64,000 nucleotides of DNA from Clostridia bacterium (GCA_029258515.1 JARHYK010000002.1:19476-83475); one strand, 5' to 3'. Positions 40,035 through 51,505 are shown, numbered from the stretch's first letter. Translations and numbers: made by a program. Notes: generated from the sequence alone by a model not told the origin.

Positions 40035-40739
40035 ATGGTAAAACATACTAAAAAAATATCTGAAATATATGAAGAGATTCAAAAGAAATTATTTTATATG
40101 ATACCAGAAAAATGGGAAAGTCTTTATTTATATGCATCTGTAATAGAAGAAAAAAATAGGGAAAAAGGCGAGTTATATTTTTATTATGAGCCTAAAGGAA
40201 TATTTAGAAAAAAAATCGTAAATGTATATGAAATTCCATCAAAATTCAATGTAAATGAACAAGAATATTTAAAATTAGTTCAAGAACTTTATGATGAAAT
40301 TAAAGAACTTAGAAATGAATTTAAGAAATATGAGTTAAAAGAAACTTGGAGCAGTGTAACAATAGTAATTCGTAATTTTAAATTTATGGTGGAGTATCAT
40401 TATGAGGATTTATTAAATAGTCCATTTTCAAGTTATGAAAGACATGTGATATGGAGATGTAAATATCTAGATATAGGGATAGAACAGCTAAATAGAAAAG
40501 AAAAACAAATATTAAAAAAATATGGTTCTGGACCTAAAATATTGGAAAAAATAGAAAAATATGAAGCTGGTATTTATATAAATGGAATACAAAATATCGT
40601 AGATTATGATACTAAAAAAGAAGAAAAAAATATTGAAAAAAGTGAAACAAATGTAGAAGCTGATTATCAAGAAATAAAAAAGAAAAATATTAATCAGATT
40701 TTATCACCTATTCAAAATGATAAAAGTAAAAGTAATTAA
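40035..40739 (+). CDS. YezG/DUF600-family immunity-protein-like protein with a C-terminal extension
   Basis: IPEKWESLYLYASV...ELYFYYEPKG...EIPSKFNV.EQEY..L...LYDE..ELRNEF.K....TWSS.T matches the DUF600/YezG pattern of LXG-toxin immunity proteins. No toxin gene lies adjacent. Confidence 0.5.
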   Translation: MVKHTKKISEIYEEIQKKLFYMIPEKWESLYLYASVIEEKNREKGELYFYYEPKGIFRKKIVNVYEIPSKFNVNEQEYLKLVQELYDEIKELRNEFKKYELKETWSSVTIVIRNFKFMVEYHYEDLLNSPFSSYERHVIWRCKYLDIGIEQLNRKEKQILKKYGSGPKILEKIEKYEAGIYINGIQNIVDYDTKKEEKNIEKSETNVEADYQEIKKKNINQILSPIQNDKSKSN

Positions 40740-40816
40740 ACTTAGGGAGCAATTCCTAGTATATATATAAATAATATAACTTATTCCAGAAGGAAAATAG
40801 AAAGGAGCAAAAAAAG

Positions 40817-41509
40817 ATGATTTATTCAAAAGAATTAGAAGGAATGTGTAAAGTAGCAAAGGGAGTAGACCATGGACCAGCACCAATTCCAGAAGAAGGG
40901 AAATGGGTAAAAGCAAAAGATGTTAAAGATATATCAGGATTAACACATGGTATTGGATGGTGTGCACCACAACAAGGAGCATGTAAATTAACATTAAATG
41001 TAAAAGAAGGTATTATTCAAGAAGCATTAATTGAAACAATAGGATGTTCTGGAATGACACATTCAGCAGCAATGGCAAGTGAAATATTAGTTGGAAAAAC
41101 AATATTAGAAGCATTAAATACAGATTTAGTTTGTGATGCTATAAATACTGCTATGAGAGAGTTATTCTTACAAATAGTATATGGTAGAACACAAACAGCA
41201 TTTTCAGAAGGAGGACTTCCAGTAGGTGCAGGACTAGAGGATTTAGGAAAAGGACATACAAGTCAAGTTGGAACTATTTATTCTAGTAAATTAAAAGGAC
41301 CTAGATATTTGAATTTAACAGAAGGATATATTGTTGAATTAGGTTTAGACAAAGATGACCAAATTATTGGATATAAATATGTACATATTGGAAAAATGAT
41401 GGAAAACATCAAAAAAGGAATTGACCCAATGGAAGCAATAGAAAAAGCTTCTGGTACATATGGAAGATTTGATGAAGCAGTTAAGAAAATAGACCCAAGA
41501 CAAGAATAA
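40817..41509 (+). CDS. NifU/IscU-like Cys-containing protein, partner of the GGGtGRT protein
   Basis: GWCAPQQGACKLTLNVKEGIIQEALIETIGCSGMTH resembles Fe-S scaffold folds. It is paired with the downstream GGGtGRT gene. Confidence 0.45.
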   Translation: MIYSKELEGMCKVAKGVDHGPAPIPEEGKWVKAKDVKDISGLTHGIGWCAPQQGACKLTLNVKEGIIQEALIETIGCSGMTHSAAMASEILVGKTILEALNTDLVCDAINTAMRELFLQIVYGRTQTAFSEGGLPVGAGLEDLGKGHTSQVGTIYSSKLKGPRYLNLTEGYIVELGLDKDDQIIGYKYVHIGKMMENIKKGIDPMEAIEKASGTYGRFDEAVKKIDPRQE

Positions 41510-41549
41510 AATATAATATAAATTCATAAAAATTAAGGAGGAAAATTAA

Positions 41550-42551
41550 ATGGCAGTAACATTTGAAAGTTATGAAAGAAGAATTGATCAAATAAGACCA
41601 GTAATGGAAAAATACGGAATTAAAGATTTTGAAGATGCATTAAAAATATGTACAGATAAAGGATTTAATCCATATGAAATAGTAAAAGGAGTTCAACCAA
41701 TTTGTTTTGAAAATGCATGTTGGGCATATACATTAGGTGCAGCAATAGCAATTAAAAAAGGATGTAAAAAAGCAGCAGATGCAGCTAAAGCAATTGGGGA
41801 AGGGTTACAAGCTTTTTGTATTCCAGGTTCTGTTGCAGATGATAGAAAAGTTGGATTAGGACATGGAAATTTAGCATCAATGCTATTATCAGAAGATACA
41901 AAATGTTTTGCATTCTTAGCAGGACATGAAAGTTTTGCGGCAGCTGAAGGTGCAATTGGTATTGCAAAATCAGCAAATAAAGTAAGAAAAGAGCCATTAA
42001 GAGTAATCTTAGATGGATTAGGAAAAGATGCAGCACAAGTAATATCTAGAATTAATGGATTTACATATGTTAAAACAGAATTTGATTTCTTTACAGGAAA
42101 AGTAAAAGTTGTTGAAGAAATACCATATTCAGATGGGGAAAGAGCTGCAGTTAGATGTTATGGTGCAAATGATGTTAGAGAAGGTGTTGCAATTATGTGG
42201 CTTGAAGATGTTGATGTTTCTATTACAGGAAATTCAACAAACCCAACAAGATTCCAACATCCAGTAGCAGGTACATACAAAAAAGAAAGATTAGCAGAAG
42301 GTAAAAAATATTTCTCAGTAGCATCAGGTGGAGGAACAGGAAGAACACTTCATCCAGATAATATGGCAGCAGGACCTGCTTCATATGGTATGACAGATAC
42401 AATGGGAAGAATGCATTCAGATGCACAATTTGCAGGAAGTTCATCAGTTCCAGCACATGTTGAAATGATGGGATTAATCGGAATGGGAAATAACCCAATG
42501 GTTGGTGCATCAGTAGCAGTTGCAGTTGCAGTTGAAGAAGCTATGAAATAA
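41550..42551 (+). CDS. GGGtGRT-family protein
   Basis: Contains the eponymous SVASGGGTGRTLHPDNM motif. 333 aa, Gly/Ala-rich. Confidence 0.6.
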   Translation: MAVTFESYERRIDQIRPVMEKYGIKDFEDALKICTDKGFNPYEIVKGVQPICFENACWAYTLGAAIAIKKGCKKAADAAKAIGEGLQAFCIPGSVADDRKVGLGHGNLASMLLSEDTKCFAFLAGHESFAAAEGAIGIAKSANKVRKEPLRVILDGLGKDAAQVISRINGFTYVKTEFDFFTGKVKVVEEIPYSDGERAAVRCYGANDVREGVAIMWLEDVDVSITGNSTNPTRFQHPVAGTYKKERLAEGKKYFSVASGGGTGRTLHPDNMAAGPASYGMTDTMGRMHSDAQFAGSSSVPAHVEMMGLIGMGNNPMVGASVAVAVAVEEAMK

Positions 42552-42563
42552 ATATATAAGTTT

Positions 42564-42591
42564 AAAATTGCCATTTAAGTGGCAATTTTTT
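42564..42591 (+). terminator. Rho-independent terminator after the GGGtGRT gene
   Basis: aaaattgcca-tttaag-tggcaatttttt. Confidence 0.6.
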
Positions 42592-42725
42592 AAATATAAA
42601 TACCGAACAAAAATTTGATATTTTTAATAAAAAGTATTGACAAAAGAAAAAATAAAGTATAAAATAAAGATAACAAAAAACGAACAAGAATTCGCAAAAC
42701 AAACATTTTATAAGGAGTGGTAAAT

Positions 42726-43247
42726 ATGAATATAGTAAAAAAGAATGTAATAATAAAAAACATTGAAATAACAGCAATTGAGAGACATCCAGTTCCAATT
42801 TTAGGAGTAGATTACAAAGTGAAAATTGTATATAAAAATGTTAAAATTGCTCAAGTAGATGTTGAAAATACTACTATTAAAATATCACTTCCAAATAAAT
42901 ATAAAAAATGTGATAATAGAGAGATTTTAAATTTAGCTATTGAAAAATTATATGAACAAATTGCAATAGTAGAAATAGAAAATGCAATGGAAAAAATGAG
43001 AGTAATGTTGAAAATGGCACCTGAGGACTATAAAATTAAAAAAATGAAAAATTGTTTTGGAAAATGTGAAAACAGGAAAATAACAATTAATCCAGAAGTG
43101 GTTAAATATAGTAGAAGATTTATTGAATATGTTGTATTGCATGAATATTGCCATTTGAAATATAAAAATCATTGCAAAAGTTTTTATGAGATGATTGAAA
43201 AATATGAGCCAGAATATGAAAGATATGAAGAAATAAAAAAAATATGA
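42726..43247 (+). CDS. YgjP-like (DUF45/SprT-like) zinc metallohydrolase
   Basis: HExxH motif in the VVLHEYCHLKYKNHCKSFYEMIEKY context typical of the DUF45/YgjP family. RBS TAAGGAG lies 8 nt upstream of the ATG at 42726. Confidence 0.6.
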   Translation: MNIVKKNVIIKNIEITAIERHPVPILGVDYKVKIVYKNVKIAQVDVENTTIKISLPNKYKKCDNREILNLAIEKLYEQIAIVEIENAMEKMRVMLKMAPEDYKIKKMKNCFGKCENRKITINPEVVKYSRRFIEYVVLHEYCHLKYKNHCKSFYEMIEKYEPEYERYEEIKKI

Positions 43248-43460
43248 GCTGTGTATAAAAAATACTGGAAGAATTGATATATAACTAGAATAAACATATG
43301 CGGTCCGCCACTTTTAATCCATAACTTTATGATGTGAGAAAGAATGTGGGACATATGGTAAGGTTTATTCAATATAATGTACTTATTATTATTTGGTTTA
43401 GTTACCCGAGACTATTGTTGTATTTTAATTAATTATAATTTAAAGTAAATAGATAAATGA

Positions 43461-43497
43461 AAAACACATCTGAAACTTGATGTTTAGGTGTGTTTTT
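43461..43497. terminator. Bidirectional Rho-independent terminator (for the + YgjP-like gene and the - strand tRNA-Gly)
   Basis: aaacacatctgaa...ttcaggtgtgttt forms a 13-bp stem (2 G.U) flanked by A-run/T-run. Confidence 0.5.
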
Positions 43498-43605
43498 TAT
43501 ATACATATAGGTAGACCAATTTTGTGGCTTCTTCATGTCCTATTTTTTGTATAAATATATTTTTCAAAAATGTCAAATAAAAATTAGTTTAATTCTATAT
43601 AATTT

Positions 43606-43679
<74 letters not shown>

Positions 43680-43733
43680 ATCACAAATATATTATATAAT
43701 GTAATTGCAAATAAATCAATAATTATTTTGAAT

Positions 43734-44606
43734 TTAAAAGGAAAAATTATCTAAAATGAATTCTTTGTTATTTAAATAATCTAAAATTCCACTTTTTGAT
43801 TTGAAGTTGAATTTTAATTTATAGCTGCATAAACATTGCATTTTTTTATTGAATTTTTTATTTATTTCGTTTTTGCCATATTTTCCATCACCAATAATAG
43901 GTAAATTGATATGTGCTAAATGGGCGCGGATTTGATGCGTTTTACCGGTTTCTATTTGAACATCTAAAATGCAAGAATTATCGTTTTTTTCTTTTAGTAC
44001 TTTATAACTTGTAATTATTTTTTGATAACCTTTTAATGGAGTATCAGAAATATATACTTTAGATTTTTTTGAATCCTTGAAAAGATAAGCTATCATTTTT
44101 TTCTTTTTTTCTTTAGGAATGTTATAAACCCAGGCATAGTAGTATTTATCAATTTCATGATGTTTAAATTTATCAAGTAAAATAGATAAAGATTCTTTGT
44201 TTTTGGCAAATAAAACTAATCCTTTAGTATTTCTATCTAATCTATGGCATGGCATAGGTAAAAAAGATGAATTTATATATTTTTTATGAATAATAGAAGT
44301 TAGGGAATTAATGCCAGTAACTTCTATTCCTTGAGGTTTATTTAAAACTAGGATATTTTGATCTTCATATATTGTTTTAATTTCTGTATTATTTTTTTTA
44401 TTTAGTAAGTCATCTGAAATATATAATTCAATAATATCATTTTCATATATTACAATATTTTTATTTGTTCTTTTGCCATTAACTTTAATATCTTTTTTGC
44501 GCAAAGTGTTCATAAAAAGTGAATATGATAGTCCATTTACATTATCTTCTAGGAATATATTTAATTTTTTTTCATTATATTTTTTATTAACTATTAACTT
44601 TTTCAT
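43734..44606 (-). CDS. RluA-family pseudouridine synthase
   Basis: S4-like N-domain and the catalytic HRLDRNTKGLVLFAKN motif. Confidence 0.8.
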   Translation of the reverse strand: MKKLIVNKKYNEKKLNIFLEDNVNGLSYSLFMNTLRKKDIKVNGKRTNKNIVIYENDIIELYISDDLLNKKNNTEIKTIYEDQNILVLNKPQGIEVTGINSLTSIIHKKYINSSFLPMPCHRLDRNTKGLVLFAKNKESLSILLDKFKHHEIDKYYYAWVYNIPKEKKKKMIAYLFKDSKKSKVYISDTPLKGYQKIITSYKVLKEKNDNSCILDVQIETGKTHQIRAHLAHINLPIIGDGKYGKNEINKKFNKKMQCLCSYKLKFNFKSKSGILDYLNNKEFILDNFSF

Positions 44607-44739
44607 AAATATATTATACGAAAAAAATATTAAAAAATCAAATAAAATTAAAATAAATATGAAATGAAAATTAAATTATTGATTTTTTAGGCGAGATAAG
44701 GTATAATTTAGGAGTAAATTAGGGAAGGAATGATAAAAA

Positions 44740-46500
44740 ATGAAAGCAATAGAAATAAGAAATAAATATTTAAACTTTTTTGAAAAACATGGTCATAAGG
44801 TTGTGCCATCTGCACCATTAATACCAGAAAATGATCCATCTGTTTTATTTACAACAGCTGGAATGCAACCACTTGTACCATATTTATTAGGAGAAAAACA
44901 TCCACAAGGGACAAGAATAACAGATTATCAAAAATGTTTAAGAACAGTAGATATTGACGAAGTAGGAGATAATAGGCATTTAACATATTTTGAAATGTTA
45001 GGAAATTGGTCTTTAGGAGATTATTTTAAAGATGAATCTATAAAAATGAGTTTTGAATTTTTAACAAAAGAATTAGGAATACCAGTGGAAAAACTATATG
45101 TAACATGTTTTAAAGGTGATGAAGATTGTGCTAGAGATGAAGAATCAGCTAAAATTTGGAAAGAAGCGGGATTACCAGAAAATCATATATATTATTATGG
45201 AAAAGAAGATAACTGGTGGATAGCAGGAGAAGAAGGACCATGTGGGCCAGATACAGAGATGTTTTATGATACAGGAAAGCCAGCTTGCTCTGAAAATTGT
45301 CAACCATCATGTGATTGTGGTAAATATGTTGAAATATGGAATAATGTTTTTATGGAATTTTATAAACAAAAAGATGGAACATATACAAAATTAAAACAAA
45401 GAAACGTTGATACTGGTTTAGGATTAGAAAGAATGGCAATGTTGCTACAAGGTAAGAAAACACCATATGATACAGAATTATTTGTACCAATTATGAATAA
45501 ATTAGAAGAATTAGAAAAAATAGATGATATTCAAAGTAGAAGAGTAATTGCTGAACACTTACGTTCAAGTATGATGATAATTTCAGATGGGGGAAGACCA
45601 AGTAATATAGATAGAGGATATATTTTAAGAAGATTAATTCGTAGAATGATTAGACATATGAATAAATTAGAAATTGATTTAGGTGAAATATCAACTTTAA
45701 TAGATATAAATGTAGAAAATTTAAAAGAAATGTATCCAGATTTAGAAAAAAATAAAGAAACAATTAAGCATGTTATAATTGAAGAAAAGGACAAATTTGT
45801 GAAAACACTAGTAAAAGGTGAAAGAGAATTTGATAAAGAAATGAAAAAAGCAAAAGAACAAGGAAAAACTGAGATAGATGGAAAAGTAGTATTTAAGTTA
45901 TATGATACATACGGATTTCCACCAGAAGTAACTTCTGAACTTGCTAATGAAAATGAAATGAAAATTGATTTAAAAGGATTTGAAAAATTATTTAAAGAAC
46001 ACCAAGAAAAATCAAGAATGGGAGCAATCCAAAAATTTAAAGGTGGTTTAGCTGATCAAAATGAAAAAACAATAGCATATCATACAGCAACTCATTTATT
46101 ACATAAAGCTTTAAAAATAGTATTAGGAGAACATGTAAAACAAAGTGGTTCAAATATTACAGAAGAAAGATTAAGATTTGACTTTACTCATCCACAAAAA
46201 GTAACAAAGGAAGAACTTCAAAAAGTAGAAGATTTGGTAAATGAGCAAATAAATAAAGATTTAAAAGTTAAATGTGAAGAAATGTCATATGAAGATGCTA
46301 AAAATTCAGGAGCAATAGGATTATTTACTGATAAATATGGAGATAAAGTTAAAGTGTATACAATAGGAGACTTTAGTAAAGAAATTTGTGGAGGACCTCA
46401 TGTGACACATACAGGTGATATGGGAAGATTTAAAATTAAAAAAGAAGAATCAAGTTCATCAGGTGTTCGTAGAATAAAAGCAGTTTTGATAAAAGAATAG
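44740..46500 (+). CDS. alaS: alanine--tRNA ligase-like protein, unusually short (586 aa; catalytic and editing-type motifs present, no C-Ala domain)
   Basis: The class-II AlaRS N-terminus is conserved (FFEKHGHKVVPSAPLIPENDPSVLFTTAGMQ...). Editing-domain HTATHLLHKAL...CGGPHV motifs are present. The protein ends a few residues after GVRRIKAV. Confidence 0.7.
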   Translation: MKAIEIRNKYLNFFEKHGHKVVPSAPLIPENDPSVLFTTAGMQPLVPYLLGEKHPQGTRITDYQKCLRTVDIDEVGDNRHLTYFEMLGNWSLGDYFKDESIKMSFEFLTKELGIPVEKLYVTCFKGDEDCARDEESAKIWKEAGLPENHIYYYGKEDNWWIAGEEGPCGPDTEMFYDTGKPACSENCQPSCDCGKYVEIWNNVFMEFYKQKDGTYTKLKQRNVDTGLGLERMAMLLQGKKTPYDTELFVPIMNKLEELEKIDDIQSRRVIAEHLRSSMMIISDGGRPSNIDRGYILRRLIRRMIRHMNKLEIDLGEISTLIDINVENLKEMYPDLEKNKETIKHVIIEEKDKFVKTLVKGEREFDKEMKKAKEQGKTEIDGKVVFKLYDTYGFPPEVTSELANENEMKIDLKGFEKLFKEHQEKSRMGAIQKFKGGLADQNEKTIAYHTATHLLHKALKIVLGEHVKQSGSNITEERLRFDFTHPQKVTKEELQKVEDLVNEQINKDLKVKCEEMSYEDAKNSGAIGLFTDKYGDKVKVYTIGDFSKEICGGPHVTHTGDMGRFKIKKEESSSSGVRRIKAVLIKE

Positions 46501-46523
46501 AAATTTAGAAAAGAGGAAAAATT

Positions 46524-46868
46524 ATGAAAGATTGTATTTTTTGTAAAATTGTAAAAGGTGAGATTCCATCGAAAAAAGTATATGAGGATGAAGAAATATT
46601 AGCTTTTGAAGATATAAATCCAGTAACACCAGTTCATATATTAGTTATTCCTAAAAAGCATATATGTTCAATAAATGAATTAGAGGCAGAAGATGAAAGA
46701 ATTATTGGAAAAATATTTAGTGTAATTAAAAATATAGCTAAAGAACAAGGAATAAGTGAAGATGGATATAGGGTAGTTTCAAATTGTGGTGAAAATGGAG
46801 GACAAGAGGTTAAACATTTGCATTTCCATATATTAGGTGGTAAGAAATTAGGTACAAAAGTTGCATAG
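46524..46868 (+). CDS. hinT: HIT-family (histidine triad) nucleotide hydrolase
   Basis: HILVIPKKH and the HxHxHxx triad HLHFHILGG. Confidence 0.85.
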   Translation: MKDCIFCKIVKGEIPSKKVYEDEEILAFEDINPVTPVHILVIPKKHICSINELEAEDERIIGKIFSVIKNIAKEQGISEDGYRVVSNCGENGGQEVKHLHFHILGGKKLGTKVA

Positions 46869-46938
46869 ATTTTATTGAAAACTCTATGTTTGTGTGGTAT
46901 AATAAATATAGAGTTTTTTGATTATGGAGGTAATAAAA

Positions 46939-47622
46939 ATGTTTGAAAGTAGATATAGTAAAATTTTAACTGTAATTTTAGTTATAATTATTGTTGCAAT
47001 ATTAGGCTTAATTGGATACTTAGGATATGATCAATATAAAAAACATCAAATTTCGAAAGAAGCATCTGACTTTGTGGATAATTATCAAGGAGATTCAGTA
47101 GAATCTGAAGATGGTGGAGAAGGAAATAAATTTGATGGGAATGTTAATAATAAATTAAATGAAATAACAGATACTCCAACATCAAATAATAGTACAGGAA
47201 AAGGAAATAAAGGAAAATTTAAAAACTTTACGACAGTAGGTACAATGGAAATACCATCAATTAATTTTAATTATCCAATAATAGAAGAAGCTAGCGCGCC
47301 AGCAATAGAAGTTGCAGTGGCTGTGTTATATCCTAATGGTGATAATATAAATCAACCAGGAAATACTGTTGTAATAGGACATAATTATAGAAATGGGGCA
47401 TTATTTTCAAATTTAAAGAGAGTAAAAGTTGGAGCAAAAGTTCATGTAAAAGATTTTAGAGGAACAAAATTAACATATACTATATATAATAAATTTGAAA
47501 CAAGTGCACAAGATACATCTTTTTATCAAAGAGAGACAAATGGAAAGGCAGAATTAACATTATCAACTTGTACTGATGCAAGCAATAATAGAAGACTAAT
47601 AGTTTTAGCAAAACAAGACTAA
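46939..47622 (+). CDS. sortase-family transpeptidase (start at MFESRYSK)
   Basis: N-terminal TM anchor. Catalytic His in VVIGHNYRNG, Cys in TLSTCTD, and a downstream Arg. RBS GGAGGT lies 7 nt upstream of the ATG at 46939. Confidence 0.6.
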   Translation: MFESRYSKILTVILVIIIVAILGLIGYLGYDQYKKHQISKEASDFVDNYQGDSVESEDGGEGNKFDGNVNNKLNEITDTPTSNNSTGKGNKGKFKNFTTVGTMEIPSINFNYPIIEEASAPAIEVAVAVLYPNGDNINQPGNTVVIGHNYRNGALFSNLKRVKVGAKVHVKDFRGTKLTYTIYNKFETSAQDTSFYQRETNGKAELTLSTCTDASNNRRLIVLAKQD

Positions 47623-47691
47623 AATAATATAATTTTTAAATAAAGGGAAATTTTAAAAATCCCTTTATTTTTTTTTGAATATTGTATATAA

Positions 47692-49728
<2,037 letters not shown>

Positions 49729-49737
49729 GAGAAAAAT

Positions 49738-49980
49738 ATGGAAGAAAAATATACATTTGAAATGATGTGGGAAGATTTGAATAATGGATATCAAATATAT
49801 TTTACGTATGTTAGAAATAGGTATTTGTTATTTAAAACAGCACAAAATTGCTATACACAAAAATTATTATCTGATTCTCATAAAAATCCACAGCCTAAAA
49901 TGTCAATGATTACATTAAAAAGAGTTAAAGAAATGTTTCCTTTTATGGAGAATATTGAATTTAAAGTAATAAATGATTGA
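49738..49980 (+). CDS. hypothetical 80-aa protein
   Basis: RBS AGGAGAAAAATATG. No recognisable motif. Confidence 0.4.
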   Translation: MEEKYTFEMMWEDLNNGYQIYFTYVRNRYLLFKTAQNCYTQKLLSDSHKNPQPKMSMITLKRVKEMFPFMENIEFKVIND

Positions 49981-50075
49981 ATTTTATGTAAATATATGAT
50001 ATAATTAAGGTGTAGCAATTAACAAACAGTACAAAGACCTCAAAATAAAATTAAATTGAGGAAGAAAGGAAAAAA

Positions 50076-50243
50076 ATGGATAAAGTATGTGAATTATGTG
50101 GTGGAAAGTGCAGAAGAAAGGACAATTTAGAACAACAACGAGAAGTAAGAAAAATGATTAAAGATAATGGATTATTAAATTATGGAACACCAAATACTTG
50201 CGTTAAGCCTGAAAATGGATCATCAAAATGTCCATTTGACTGA
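50076..50243 (+). CDS. small Cys-rich protein (55 aa; CxxC...C...C-P-F), paralog of the next ORF. Not in the ORF track
   Basis: MDKVCELCGGKCRRKDNLEQQREVRKMIKDNGLLNYGTPNTCVKPENGSSKCPFD*. RBS GAGGAAGAAAGGA lies upstream. A strong terminator follows. Confidence 0.45.
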   Translation: MDKVCELCGGKCRRKDNLEQQREVRKMIKDNGLLNYGTPNTCVKPENGSSKCPFD

Positions 50244-50255
50244 TAATTAATCTTA

Positions 50256-50281
50256 CAGGGTGTAATGTAACACCCTGTTTT
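50256..50281 (+). terminator. Rho-independent terminator
   Basis: cagggtgt-aatgta-acaccctgtttt: a perfect 8-bp GC-rich stem. Confidence 0.6.
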
Positions 50282-50317
50282 CAGTAGTTATTAGGAAAAG
50301 GTGAAAGGGGAATAATA

Positions 50318-50503
50318 ATGACTAAAATTTGTTATTATTGTCGTACTTCAATAACAGATGATCAAGGAAATGTTGATATCAGAAAATACGATAATTTAAA
50401 AGATAAGTTAGATGATCATTTTCAAGCTAGAGGGGAAACTATGGGAGAATGTAATCCTCCGTGTGCTCGTGATAAGATATGTCCATTTAAGCAGAGAATA
50501 TAA
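50318..50503 (+). CDS. small Cys-rich protein (61 aa; CxxC...C..PC...CPF), paralog of the 50076 ORF
   Basis: MTKICYYCRTSITDDQGNVDIRKYDNLKDKLDDHFQARGETMGECNPPCARDKICPFKQRI*. RBS AAAGGTGAAAGGGG. Own terminator. Confidence 0.5.
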   Translation: MTKICYYCRTSITDDQGNVDIRKYDNLKDKLDDHFQARGETMGECNPPCARDKICPFKQRI

Positions 50504-50522
50504 TATGTTCTCTGTTTTTTTT
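50492..50522 (+). terminator. Rho-independent terminator overlapping the stop codon of the second Cys-rich ORF
   Basis: cagagaa-tataatatg-ttctctgtttttttt. Confidence 0.6.
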
Positions 50523-50591
50523 GTAAATACTTGATTTATATATGTGATTTTGTTAAAATTGGTATTGAAAATAAAAAAAGGTGGTATAGAA

Positions 50592-51446
50592 ATGGCAATA
50601 ATTATAAATGGGAAAGATTTGGCTAAAAAAACAAAAGAAAACTTAAAAGTAGAAGTAGATGAATTAAAAGAAAAAGGAATAATTCCTAAATTAGCTGTTA
50701 TTATGGTTGGAGATAATGCAGCATCTAAAATTTATGTGAGAAATAAAAGCAAGGCTTGTGATATGGTAGGAGTTCAGTATGAAGAGTTTTTATTAGGTGA
50801 TAATATTGCACAGGAGGAATTAATTAAATTAATAGAAAAATTAAATGAAGATGATTCAATAAATGGAATTTTACTACAAAGCCCAATTCCAAGAAATTTA
50901 GATATAAATGAGGCTTTTAGAACAATTGATTATAGAAAAGATGTGGATGGTTTTCATCCAATAAATGTTGGAAAATTATCAATAGGTCAAGATACATTTG
51001 TTTCTTGTACTCCATATGGTGTAATGAGAATGTTTGAAGAATATAATATTGACTTGAGTGGAAAAAATGTTGTAATATTAGGTAGAAGTAATATTGTGGG
51101 AAAACCATTACTACAATGTTGCTTAAATAAAAATGCAACAGTTACTATATGCCATTCTAAAACAGTAAATATCAAAGAAATAACTAGAAAAGCAGATGTT
51201 TTAATATCAGCAATAGGAAAACCATGTTTTGTAACAGAGGATATGGTAAAAGATGATGTTGTTGTAATAGATGTAGGGATTAATAGATTAGAAACAGGAA
51301 AAGTTGTGGGGGATGTTGATTTTGAAAATGTTTCTAAAAAAGCAAGCTATATTACACCAGTTCCAGGGGGAGTTGGACCTATGACAATAGCAATGCTTAT
51401 GAATAATCTAGTAAAGGCAACAAAAGAGCAAAAAAAATTAATATAG
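50592..51446 (+). CDS. folD: bifunctional methylenetetrahydrofolate dehydrogenase/cyclohydrolase (start at MAIIINGKD)
   Basis: Conserved FolD N-terminus and the ...PVPGGVGPMT... motif. RBS GGTGGT lies upstream of the ATG at 50592. Confidence 0.9.
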   Translation: MAIIINGKDLAKKTKENLKVEVDELKEKGIIPKLAVIMVGDNAASKIYVRNKSKACDMVGVQYEEFLLGDNIAQEELIKLIEKLNEDDSINGILLQSPIPRNLDINEAFRTIDYRKDVDGFHPINVGKLSIGQDTFVSCTPYGVMRMFEEYNIDLSGKNVVILGRSNIVGKPLLQCCLNKNATVTICHSKTVNIKEITRKADVLISAIGKPCFVTEDMVKDDVVVIDVGINRLETGKVVGDVDFENVSKKASYITPVPGGVGPMTIAMLMNNLVKATKEQKKLI

Positions 51447-51505
51447 TATAAAAAGTAAAGGGACACTTTTTTAAGGTGTCTTTTTTCTTTTGGAAAGAGA
51501 GCAGT

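Noticed and set aside
44607-44739. Possible T-box leader upstream of the alaS-like gene
   Set aside because: The spacer is only ~130 nt and lacks a specifier-loop/T-box (AATTAGGGTGGNACCGCG-like) sequence. No riboswitch-like conserved motifs recognised.
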